This document shows positions 17,181-28,400 of a stretch of DNA of 64,000 nucleotides, one piece after another. A model generated the notes under the pieces. The model saw nothing but the letters and a program-made list of their open reading frames with translations, searched no databases and was not told the DNA's origin. This DNA comes from a virus. Every line of letters starts with the position of its first letter. Within the stretch, counting starts at the first letter, position 1. The stretch spans positions 1 through 64,000 of the IMG/VR virus record IMGVR_UViG_3300009187_000021; one strand, written 5' to 3'. Position numbers and translations under genes: made by a program.

Positions 17181-19997
17181 TTACCAACTGATTGGTCCAG
17201 ATCCACCATAGAATCTATACACTCTATAACCTGGTCTTCCACCCGGAACATCATATGCAAGTCCTGGACTAATATTTGTGATGCCAGGATAAGCTGTCGG
17301 ATATGCAATAACGACTACTCCTGATCCACCTGCTCCACCCGGATTACCTGGACCACCATCTCCAGCTCCACCACCGCCTCCACCTCCAGTGTAAGAACTA
17401 CCTGGATTTCCGGAACTAATTGATCCGCCTGGACCACCACCGCCATTACCACCAGATCCTCCTGGCGCATTTTGACCTCCACCACCTCCACCGCCAGAAT
17501 AATATATTTCTGGACCTGATATGCCTGGCGCTAATCCGGTGCCTCCAGGTCCAGCTGGAGAACCTCCTGGTGAAGTTCCAGCTGATCCCATTCCACCACC
17601 GCCGCCGCCTACCCATGGTCCAGGTCCACCACCATCTCTTCCATTTCCACCTGGATAACCTTGATTGCCTGGTGCTCCTCCCATATTTCCATTTTGTCCA
17701 CCACCACCACCGCAACCACCAGACTGTGCGGGCGTTGAGTTTTGAAATGATGTACCACCACCTCCACCACCATTTCCTGTGTAAGATGCAAATGTTGATG
17801 GTGAACCAGGAGAAGATGGACCAAAGTTTGGTGATGCTCCAGCTCCTCCACCAATAGATATACTATATGGAGTTCCTTGTGATATTGGTTGTGTTCCTGT
17901 CACCATTCCACCGGCACCTCCTCCACCACCTCCTCTATCACATCCACCACCACCGCTACCACCTCCTGCAACAACCATAAATTCGACTGATGGTGGTATG
18001 GCTGCCTGTGTTGTTATTTGATTACTAGAAGAAGATGATGAACTATTACCCACTGAGTTAGTCGCATAAACGGTGAATGTGTATGACGTAGATGCAGATA
18101 AACCAGAAATGGAAATAGTACCAGAACCTGATTGTGATAGTGTTCCTGTCACTCCACCGGGTGAAGATACTGCCGTATAGGATGTGATTGTTGCACCACC
18201 ATTAAATCCTGGCGCAGAAAATGATACGGTTGCTGTTGTTTGTCCAGTCGCAGATGCAGAACCAATTGTTGGTGCGTTAGGTACAGTTATAGGAGTTACA
18301 CTATTACTAGAAGAAGATGATGAACTATTACCCACAGAGTTAGTTGCATAAACAGTAAATGAATATGTTGTTCCTGGAGTCAATCCGCTGACATTAATCG
18401 TACCAGATCCTGCTTGACTTAATGTGCCAGTAATATTGCCAGGTGAAGACACTGCCGTATAACTCGTAATCGGTGTACCACCATTTGATGCAGGAGCAGT
18501 AAACGATATAGATGCTGTTGTGGAACTAGTCGCTGTTGCAGATCCAATAGTTGGTGCACCAGAAATAGAGTATGTCGTTATAGAATTACTTGATGAACTT
18601 GCATTACTTTGTCCAGCAGCATTTACTGCCTTAACTGTGAACGTGTAAGATGTTCCAGTTGTTAATCCTGTCATATTAATTGGTGAACTAGAACCTGTTG
18701 CAGTAATATTACCAGGTGATGATGTTGCAATATATTGTGTGATTGGTGAATTACCATCATAAACAGGTGCAGTAAATTCCACAGTTGCCGTTGTTGAACC
18801 TGTTACTGTTGCGGTACCAATCGTGGGTGCATTTGGCACAGTTTTAACATAAAATAGAAGTGTTCTAGTTGCAGTTCTATTTGTTGTCGCAGATGTTGCA
18901 GTTATTAGACTTGTTGTGTTTGCTTGAGTTGATAGTGTTCCTGTAATGGTGTTTCCAGAAATACTCAGTCCGCCTGGTAATGTATTTGCAGTATATGTTA
19001 TTGATCTACCTGTTGCACTTGTTGCATTCAAAGATTGTGTGATTGAAGATCCAACATTACTATTAATTAATGTATTATCTGCTGGTGAACTCCACGTAAC
19101 AACATCTGGATTAATTTGAAAATTAATATTTCTAGTTGCAGTTTTGTTAGAAGTTGCCGCCGTCGCAGTAATTAATGCATTAGTTGTTCCTGTTACAGTT
19201 GGTGTACCAGAAACAGTATTACCACTTATACTTACACCAGTTGGTAGTGTGTTTGCCGTATATGCAACTGAACGACCAATCGCAGAAGATGCAGCAAATG
19301 CTTGACTTATTGAACCGTATTCATAACTAGTTAATGTTGTTCCGTTCGCAGGTGAACTCCATGTAACAACATCTGGATTAATTGTAATACTGAATGGACG
19401 AATTACACCTTGATTCTCTGCATCATATGCTTCAATAGAAAATGAATATGTTGTTACTCCAGAAACTGAACTGGATATACCAGTTATTGCACCCGTGTTT
19501 GCATTTAATGTTGAACCAGATGGAAGTGTTCCACTCGATAATCTGTATCTAATAGTGGAGTCACTTGATGCAGATAGAACAGTAACATTAGAAGATAACT
19601 CTACGGTTTCATATGATGTGCCAATAGATCCAGATGCAGTTGACCACGATGGTGTACCAGAATAACTAACACCAGGAATATAGAATGCTGTACCACCGTC
19701 TGGATTATAAACATAAAGATCATATGTTCCAGCACTCTTTGCTGGGGCAGAGAATGTTACTTGAGATGAAGAAACATATGTTACAGGAGTTACTATTGAT
19801 GTGTCTAGATAAACATAACAACCAGAATTAAAGTTTTTACCATTGATTGTTACAGTCTGTCCACCAGCAGTATCGGTTGCAGTATCATCACCGACATATA
19901 CAACAGAAGATATTGTGGGAATATCTATCTTAATAGATATCTTATCTGATGTTATTGAATTTGAACCAAACGCACTTGTTCTTGCTTTATTTACCAT
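17181..19997 (-). CDS. Multi-domain adhesin-like protein: IPT/TIG-like, three putative Ig, three FN3, Pro/Gly-rich domain
   Basis: Colinear paralogue of 14838..17147 with two extra FN3 repeats; ends GGRPGYRVYRFYGGSGPISW. Confidence 0.78.
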   Translation of the reverse strand: MVNKARTSAFGSNSITSDKISIKIDIPTISSVVYVGDDTATDTAGGQTVTINGKNFNSGCYVYLDTSIVTPVTYVSSSQVTFSAPAKSAGTYDLYVYNPDGGTAFYIPGVSYSGTPSWSTASGSIGTSYETVELSSNVTVLSASSDSTIRYRLSSGTLPSGSTLNANTGAITGISSSVSGVTTYSFSIEAYDAENQGVIRPFSITINPDVVTWSSPANGTTLTSYEYGSISQAFAASSAIGRSVAYTANTLPTGVSISGNTVSGTPTVTGTTNALITATAATSNKTATRNINFQINPDVVTWSSPADNTLINSNVGSSITQSLNATSATGRSITYTANTLPGGLSISGNTITGTLSTQANTTSLITATSATTNRTATRTLLFYVKTVPNAPTIGTATVTGSTTATVEFTAPVYDGNSPITQYIATSSPGNITATGSSSPINMTGLTTGTSYTFTVKAVNAAGQSNASSSSNSITTYSISGAPTIGSATATSSTTASISFTAPASNGGTPITSYTAVSSPGNITGTLSQAGSGTINVSGLTPGTTYSFTVYATNSVGNSSSSSSSNSVTPITVPNAPTIGSASATGQTTATVSFSAPGFNGGATITSYTAVSSPGGVTGTLSQSGSGTISISGLSASTSYTFTVYATNSVGNSSSSSSSNQITTQAAIPPSVEFMVVAGGGSGGGGCDRGGGGGGAGGMVTGTQPISQGTPYSISIGGGAGASPNFGPSSPGSPSTFASYTGNGGGGGGTSFQNSTPAQSGGCGGGGGQNGNMGGAPGNQGYPGGNGRDGGGPGPWVGGGGGGMGSAGTSPGGSPAGPGGTGLAPGISGPEIYYSGGGGGGGQNAPGGSGGNGGGGPGGSISSGNPGSSYTGGGGGGGAGDGGPGNPGGAGGSGVVVIAYPTAYPGITNISPGLAYDVPGGRPGYRVYRFYGGSGPISW

Positions 19998-20000
19998 ACA

Positions 20001-22454
20001 TCATACAACGATATAATTCTTCTGTAATTTAACTGTGCTTGTATCTGATGCACTTGTGCCTGTTAACAATACATTACCAGAAGAAATGCTAGAAGTAAAA
20101 TTCACCAGTTGAGAAGCACCAGTATATATTGTTCCGTACGTGACTATGTATGATGTTGTTCCATTATGAAGAATAATTACTTCAGATGCTTGATATTGAC
20201 TTCCGTTTGTAATCGAGAGTATATATTTACCAGTTCTATACTTTGAAATTTCAAATTGATCAATTGTAGTTGCAGATGTTCCAACGGAAACTGCTGCAGC
20301 AGAACTACCCGAAATTAAATGTGAAAGATACTGTGTATCACTTATTGATGTATTTGATCCAGCAGTTGAAGTAAATGTGATTGTATTTGTTGACGGATTT
20401 GTCGTGATTGTCATTCCAAAACCAGCAGCGAATGTCATTGTCGAATTATTACTATTCGCTACAACTGGAGATTGGCCACTCACTACAAAATTAGAGAAAG
20501 TATTTCCTATAGTTCCACCACCACCAGATGATGCAAACGTAATAGTTCTTGTAGATGCATTTGTTGTCAATGTCATTCCAGAACCAGAAGCCAGAGTTAA
20601 TACTGATGGTCCTTGTGGAAAAATAGAAGATTGTCCAGACACATTAATCGATGTGAATGTGTTTGTTGCAAGAGGAGATGTTGCAGTGAATGTTCTAATC
20701 TCAAGAATAGAATTTGCAGGAAGATTACTATCGAATGTTAGAATGTTTCCGTTATTGACCAGATATGCATTTGTTGGTTGAACTAGTCCATCAACTACAA
20801 CAAAGATATCATTTGCAGATGCATTATTTGCTAGTGCAAATCTTGATTGTGATCCGTTTGCAGTGAATATTTGATTGACTTGTGGATTACTTGCAAAAGG
20901 AGTGCCGTCATAGAAATAATATCCACTTGAATATACTGTGGAAGAATAAATTTTATCTGTATATACATTACCAGTAATGGATGTGTATCCGTTGCCCGCA
21001 TACGAGTTACCGAATGTACGAACATCGATAACAGCATTAGCATCAGGCGCTGTATAAAATTTAAGATTTAATCCATCAACATAATAATGATCTAATGGCT
21101 GTTGAGGTACAGTATCGACAAGAACTAATATATCAGTTGCAAGAACATAACCGTTTAGACCAAAAGATGTTTGTGATCCATTTGCAGTAAATGTCTGTGC
21201 AAGAATTGGAATAACATTCGACAGTGGTGTTGCAGTACCAAATGTACGAACAGAGATAATAGAATTTGCATCTGGTGCTGTATCAAATGTCATTATTGCG
21301 CCAGACATTGTATAGTCAACGTTTGGAATCTGTGGAATATTCTCAACAGTTACGAGAATGTCAGTTGCAGAAACAGTTGAACTTAAAACAAAAGAAGTTT
21401 GCGCACCGTTAGCCGTGAATGTTTGACTTAGAAATGGTACTGTATTACCATAAGATGAAGATATGGTGATTGTATTTGATGTACCATTTGTGGATAACGT
21501 AATGCCAGAACCAGCAGAGAATGTTAGAACTGCATTATTACTGTTAGCGATTGCAGTCTGTTGTCCAGACACTGCAACACGAGTAAATGCATTAGATGCA
21601 CCACCAACTGTACCGCCCGAAGATGTGAATACGTTGCCGTTTGCATCAAAGTAATAAGAAGCATAAACTGCATTTGCTCTTATTGTTGTTGTTAGTATAC
21701 CTGTACTATTGATCGATGTATTGCTGTTGCCGATTACAACGTTGCCAGTAAAAGTAGATGTATTACCAGTTACTGTAATGCCATTAGATGATTGAACACC
21801 TGATGTAACATTCAATGAATAAACAGTTAAAGAATTACCAGTAATATTACCTGATACTGTTAGATTATTTGATGTTAGAATGTTAGCAGTTAATATCTTA
21901 CCGACAGTTACATTGCCAGTGAAAATAGAATCTGTGCCACCAACGTTTAGATTTCCACCAATACCTGTGCCACCAACGACAGTTAATGCACCAGTTAAAT
22001 TAGAAATAGATGCATCTGCACCAGTAACTCTTAGAACAGGACCAGCAGCACCAACATCTTTAATAAAGATGGTGCCGGTCATTGCAGGAGTATTCTGCGA
22101 CTTATAGAATAGTGTGTCTGGTGCATCAAATGGAACTGGGAATGTTATCGTCCCCGCATCAGTTCCGTTATTGATTACATTTGAATATGCGTTTGTGCTA
22201 CCAGAAGATTGATCTGTCTTGATCCAGAGTGGATTACCAGTAGATGTTACTGCAAATCTATATGTGAAACCACGAACAAGTGATAGTGTTGGATTATCAG
22301 CACCATTAAATAGGAATGATGATGTACCATTGCTCGTGACGTTGTATGTGTTTGCACCATAAAAATACCCAGTGAATTCACCCTGTGTATTAATGATACC
22401 AACATCACCTACCGCAATGCCACTATCTATATTAAACGCTTGAATTATAGCCAA
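20001..22454 (-). CDS. Virion fibre/structural protein with three FTANG.Q..F.L repeats
   Basis: TTG start; three ~75-aa repeats; C-terminal IDQF...YRTGKY...YQASEVIILHNG domain shared with 22485..31151. Confidence 0.72.
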   Translation of the reverse strand: MAIIQAFNIDSGIAVGDVGIINTQGEFTGYFYGANTYNVTSNGTSSFLFNGADNPTLSLVRGFTYRFAVTSTGNPLWIKTDQSSGSTNAYSNVINNGTDAGTITFPVPFDAPDTLFYKSQNTPAMTGTIFIKDVGAAGPVLRVTGADASISNLTGALTVVGGTGIGGNLNVGGTDSIFTGNVTVGKILTANILTSNNLTVSGNITGNSLTVYSLNVTSGVQSSNGITVTGNTSTFTGNVVIGNSNTSINSTGILTTTIRANAVYASYYFDANGNVFTSSGGTVGGASNAFTRVAVSGQQTAIANSNNAVLTFSAGSGITLSTNGTSNTITISSSYGNTVPFLSQTFTANGAQTSFVLSSTVSATDILVTVENIPQIPNVDYTMSGAIMTFDTAPDANSIISVRTFGTATPLSNVIPILAQTFTANGSQTSFGLNGYVLATDILVLVDTVPQQPLDHYYVDGLNLKFYTAPDANAVIDVRTFGNSYAGNGYTSITGNVYTDKIYSSTVYSSGYYFYDGTPFASNPQVNQIFTANGSQSRFALANNASANDIFVVVDGLVQPTNAYLVNNGNILTFDSNLPANSILEIRTFTATSPLATNTFTSINVSGQSSIFPQGPSVLTLASGSGMTLTTNASTRTITFASSGGGGTIGNTFSNFVVSGQSPVVANSNNSTMTFAAGFGMTITTNPSTNTITFTSTAGSNTSISDTQYLSHLISGSSAAAVSVGTSATTIDQFEISKYRTGKYILSITNGSQYQASEVIILHNGTTSYIVTYGTIYTGASQLVNFTSSISSGNVLLTGTSASDTSTVKLQKNYIVV

Positions 22455-22481
22455 GGTCTATTCTTCCCTTTAATTTTATAA

Positions 22482-22489
22482 TATTTATT
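22482..22489 (-). promoter_or_regulatory. Late promoter variant AATAAATA overlapping the stop of the giant fibre gene
   Basis: tatttatt on + strand. Confidence 0.45.
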
Positions 22490-25400
22490 TGCGAATTGTT
22501 GTTCGGTGCATCTTCAAAGTGGTTGCTGAAAATACAGGAGTAAACTTCAGAGTTAACGCACCAGCAACAACAGAAGCATCAAATGTACCAAGAACAACAG
22601 AACTCTTTACTGTACCAAACTGTGATATGTATGCATTTGTATCATCATGAATCATCGTTAATTCAGTTGCATGATATCTAGTTCCAGAAGTCATTTGAAT
22701 AAAATACTTAGCACTTCTGAAATTAGCAGCAGAGAATTGATCAACAGTAACTTGAGATAATCCTGACGTTGTAAATGTGTTTGATGACATCCAAGAGATT
22801 GGATTCAAATAGATGCCATTGTTTGCAGTAATAGAATTTACGTTTGATGTTCCATTTACTTTACTGTTTCCAAGAACTAAGATATTACCGTTAGCTGTTA
22901 TATCATTATCTGATTGAATGAAATTGGCACGTAGATTCGATGTGGTGGTAATATCACCCGATACAGATAGAGCACTTTGAATCGTAACATTACCAGATAG
23001 GATTGTGTTGCCGGTAATCGTTGCTTCATCTAACGTAACTTTGACGTTACTTGTTAGTACAGAATCTCTAATGATGGAATAACTAACAGTAGACATTCCA
23101 AGCATGTTGTTGCCAACAGTAACATGCTTGAGTGTTACGTTGCTGATCGCACCACCGATGATATTGACTGCATCAGCATTCTGCATACCAAGTGTGCCGA
23201 TACCTAAGTCTCCAGCAGGAATTGATGCCACGGCAGTGAATGCACCAGTACCATTACCTTTGATATAACCAGTTAGATTGTTTGTGCCAGTACCACCCTG
23301 TGATACAGCTAATGGTGTGACAAGACCAGTTAGACGAGTAATATCAGAGTTGACGCCAGACTTTGCAGCACCAAGATTAGTTCTCGCTGCACCGATTGTT
23401 GTTGCAGCAGTACCACCTTTAGAGATAGGAACTGTACTTAATGCAAGATTGAATGTTCCTGCAGCAGTGATTGGCGATCCGGATACAGAGAATGGTTCAC
23501 CTGGATCAAACTCAAGACCGACAAATGTTACTGTACCAGTTCCAGGAACTGATTGCCAGTATGCATTTCCACCATCTGTAAAGAGTACATAACCATTGTT
23601 ATTTGCCTGAGAAGGCAACAAATTGTTGATTGCATTCGCTCTGGCAGTAGCACCAGTACCACCATTCGCAACTGCAAGTCCATTGAAAGGAGTATTGATA
23701 AAAACAGTTTGTCCAACATTCGCTGTCGTTACTGTGAAACTTGTACTAACTACATCACGAACAACACCTTGTGATGTTGCAGTCCATGCAAGTTCATTAT
23801 TGCCAACGTGAGTAAGAACTGTATTCGAGATACCATTTGGAGAAGGATATGGATATTCCCACTCAAGAGAAATATCAGAACCTGGATCATATGGATTAGC
23901 TGGTCTATATCGTAAGAATGGTGCCAACAAATAATTATTTGATGAACCGTTAGTATAATTTATACCACGTGTGTTTGCAAATACGGCATTAGAAGAGTGT
24001 GTATTTGGAGTGGTGTATATTGAACGCCAAGTAATCTTATCTAATGTAGCAGACGCTGGTGGATTCCAAAATGTTAGAACTTGTCTATGTGTGGGCGACT
24101 CGGAGTCTAGTTTTAGTAAATTCGATTTCGCATTTCTTCTATTGATATCATTATCAAGTGAACCACCCGCTCCTGTTCCACCATTCGTTAGTGGAACAAC
24201 AACGCCAGGAATTAATCCACCCGCAGCACCCGAGATGTTACCTGAGATAACACTACCGGGAATATGAATGTTCGATGTCATCCGTGCGCCGGCAGTATTG
24301 CCATTCACATAGACATAACCAAATGATAGTGCGCCGTTACCGGTGCCACCATTTGCAACTGGTACTTCACCCAGTTTCATTGTGATGTTACCGGCAGCAG
24401 TAATTGGCGAGTTACCGATTACAATAGAGTTATCTGCCGGTACACTAATACCAACAGATGTTACTGTACCAACACCAGAAACGGATACCCATTCAACATC
24501 AGACGAATCTGATTTAACAAGGAGTGCTTTACCATTATTACCGTCATATGATGGCAACAGATTGATCATAGCGCCAATTCTGTTATTAGCGCCAGTACCA
24601 CCGTGTTGAACATTCATGTTTGATAACAACAGATTGCCAGAGATTGTATTACCTGGAATATGAATGTTAGCAGTTACAATCGTTCCATTACTGGATAGAT
24701 AACCAGAACCCATGTTTGGATTACCAGTACCACCCTTCGTCAACTGAACGACTGGCAACTTCGAATGAGTAATAGTATTCAGAGCAATGTTAATTCTACC
24801 ATTGCTTGTGATATAACCTACTGAATTGCCAGCAGTATTATAGTTGATGATAGTGATATCAGAATCAGTTGCTTCACCGCGAACACCAATAACAGTACCA
24901 CCACCAGCTAATGTATTCCATTGAATCTGACCATACTGGTCCATCATCAACGCCATACCGACGTTAGCAGTATCATATCTGTTATTTGCGTAGTCGTAAC
25001 CAACATCGATTACTGCCTTCCACTGTGCCTGACGAGTCCAGTAATTTAAATCTTGATTGTATGTTTCAGTAACAGTTAACTTCTGACCATTTTTATTCAC
25101 CATCGTTGGATATGGTGACTTAAAGTCTATGAAATCACTAGTGCCAGCATATGTTGCACCGATTGGAGCATCTGGCATTTTCAAAGTCAGAACATAATCT
25201 GTGCCAAAACCTTGAGTATAAACTGTGGCACTATTTTGTGATGGCCAAGATAGTTGATCACCATATGTGCCAGAATATGTTACGCCATATTGATCTGGTT
25301 TTAATAGAAGATTCTTCTTAGCGCCCAATCTACCATAATAAGCGCCACCGGAACCTACTCGTCCATCATATGCACCAGTGCCACCATATGCAACTCTTAT

Positions 25401-28400
25401 ACCTTTGGTTAATCCAGCAAGTTCTGTGATATTTGTGTTAACACCTGCACCTGCAACACCAAGTGCATCAAGGAGATCGGCAGTATTTGTTACACCTGTG
25501 CCACCTCTATTGATTGGAATTACTGAAACATCAATTTGTGGATTACCATTTGCACCAGTTCCATTTGTTACAAATAAACCCGCTTGTGCATTTGCGGTAA
25601 TTGTTCGTTGGACAACACTACCATCTTGAGTTTTAGTTAAAAGACCAGCTGTGTTACTGAGATTGCTTATGGAAACACTATCGCGGCTGATTACTCTTTC
25701 CCACAATAATGGATCTGTATCAACAACAATTGGATCAAGAGTTTTTAATATCCACACGGACTCTTGATATTGAATACCATCGGAGACTGCAACCATCGTA
25801 CCACCAACTGTGTTAGAGTCGATGTTCATATCAGTTGATCTGATATAATTTTGTCCCTCACCTTGGAACACATAGATACCGTTGTTTATCGGACTATCTT
25901 GACCTGTGAATAGAACACGATCATATAGTTGTAGAACAACACCATCATATACACTCAAATTCGATCCGTTATTTGCAACAGCAGATACAGAAGTGTTTGA
26001 TGTTACAACCGATCTGACTGGTTGAAGAACTGCACCGAAAGGAACTTTGTCTGAGGTTGCAACAGCTCTTCTATCATTATCTTCAACAGTAATATAAAGT
26101 TGACCGCCATCAAACTCAAGATCACCATTTAGAGGATCAGTCTTTAGTGTACCTGCTGTAAACTTGAATGGAGAATCTGTCGTACTACCACGCCCAGGTC
26201 TAATCGTAGTATTGTTTGCCATGGATATATCACCATTGACAGTCAATCTAGATCCTACATTAGCTTGTCCAGCAACAAATAATGTATTCGCAGAAATTCT
26301 ATTTCTAGATGCAATACCACCATAGACAATTAGTGCGCCTGTTGTAATTCCTTCAGATGTAGTATTATTTGTAATCTGAACAGGAATAAATGTCGATGCA
26401 CCTTGTTCAGTGACCGATTGTAATGTGGGCGTTATGTTTGCCGTAGCGAATGCTGCATCAAGTCTTGTAGCAATATTAGTACCATCACTCAGCGTAATCG
26501 ATCTCGCATTTACAGAGTTTGCTGATACGTTACCTGTGATGATAACTGATTTACCAGTATTGGCACCTGAAGTGAAACGAACAATCTCACTGCTCTTGCC
26601 CATGCCGTTTGCGGAGATAACAACATCATTGTGATAAGATCCAATGATTGTGTTACCACCACGAGTTGTGGTATTGCCGTGTGTGAATAAGTATCCGTCA
26701 TTCTTTTGAATGATATCAAACTCTTCACCAACATAGTTGTAGTTGCTACTTGCAAGGCCTAAGTCTAGATATCCATCTGTTGGTGAACCATTGTCAGCAG
26801 TAATGAACACATCAAACGATGCATTAGCGCCAGAGTTAATATTTTGCATATTAAGTCCAGCATAACCATTATAGTTTGCAGACAACTGCTGAACCATCTG
26901 TGGTTCTACAAGATATCCTACTGGAATACCAGCATACAGTGCATTGAATCCGTTAGCAGTATAACCAAAGAATTGACCAGCGTTACCAGAAACAGTAACA
27001 GATGTTACGTTGCCGATGAAGTTGACGTTACCTAAAACACTCAGATCATTTTGGATGATTACGTTGCCAGAAATTGTGCCGCCAGATAAAGATAACTTCG
27101 TATTCGCAGCATTAAACGCAGCTTGTGCCAGTACAGATCCTGAATTAGCCTGACCTGATCCAGAGTTAGCAACAGCAAAGGCTAGATTGGCAAGATTGTT
27201 TGCAGTAACTGCCTGTGCATATGCTAAATTTGCGATTGCATTTGCAGTATTAGCCTGTGCATATGCTGCATTTGCTGTAGTTGTATCAATGTTTGCAGTG
27301 CTTACATTTGAAATTCTACCATCAGTGCCAATCGTAATGATAGGAATCTGATTGTTTGCACCATATGTTCCTGCATTAGATAGAATTCTTGACAACGAAA
27401 GATTTATTGTCTTTGTCGTTGTATTTGAAACAATTATAATACCATTTGCTACGTTAGCATTAATGTGTACCGTATCTGCATTCGAGGTTGCAGTAATCGC
27501 ATTACCGTTTGCAACAATTCTATAGAATGCAAGTGATGCTTTCGAGTTTGCAATTTGTCTTGCAACTCTATCAATTGCACTTGGTGGTGCGGTACTGACA
27601 AGAAGATAAACGGTCTGACTCTTGTATTGTGGAACTGAATCCGAAACTGTAATAACGTATGGTGAATTAACAGCAGTAACTGAAGATACACCACTAATCG
27701 TACCAGTAATCGTATCAAATATTAATCCTGTTGGCAGAGTACTTGGAGAAATTGCGTACTTGTATGTTCCAGTACCACCTGAACCAGCGACAGGTGTAAC
27801 ACTGGTGATATCTCCTTGATAAATGTCTACGTTTGAAACTTGCAGCACTGCCTCTAGAGGAATAGGCATAGTTTCGGCAACAGTCATAAAGAATGTTGCT
27901 TGTGCAGTCTGATTTGCACTATCAGATATATTGACAGTATATAAAGTATTCGCTGTTGTGTAATCTGATTTTCCTGTAATTTCACCAGTTGAAGTGTTTA
28001 ATTTCAGAATATCAGGTAAAGCAGGAGATATACTATATGTTAATGGATCAAAACCACCAGTAGCTACAATCGGAGTAAATTCATCAACAAGTTTATATTT
28101 AACTACAGTCTTAGTTGGAGTGTTTACAGTTGCAGACAATAATGGAGCAGAAGCTGTAAGAAAGAATGTACTACTCGTACTATTATTTAAAATGTCTGTT
28201 GCTGTGATTGTGTAAGATGTATTTGTGCTGAGTGAGGTTGTCAGACCAGTAATTGCACCGGTTGTTGCACTTAATTTTAATCCAGTTGGCAAACTTGGAC
28301 CAATAGAATATCTTAGTGGTTGATATCCACCAGTTGCAACAACTGGAATAACTGATGTTAATGCTAGTGATGTTGTAACATTGACCGAAGGAACAACTGT

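Noticed and set aside
1271-17857. Many short alternate-frame and antisense ORFs rich in Val, Trp, His or Pro
   Set aside because: They are shadows of Gly codon runs in the real minus-strand genes and lack independent starts or motifs.
993-19997. Shufflon or invertible tail-fibre cassette
   Set aside because: All genes are co-oriented and have their own starts; no recombinase or inverted crossover sites were seen.
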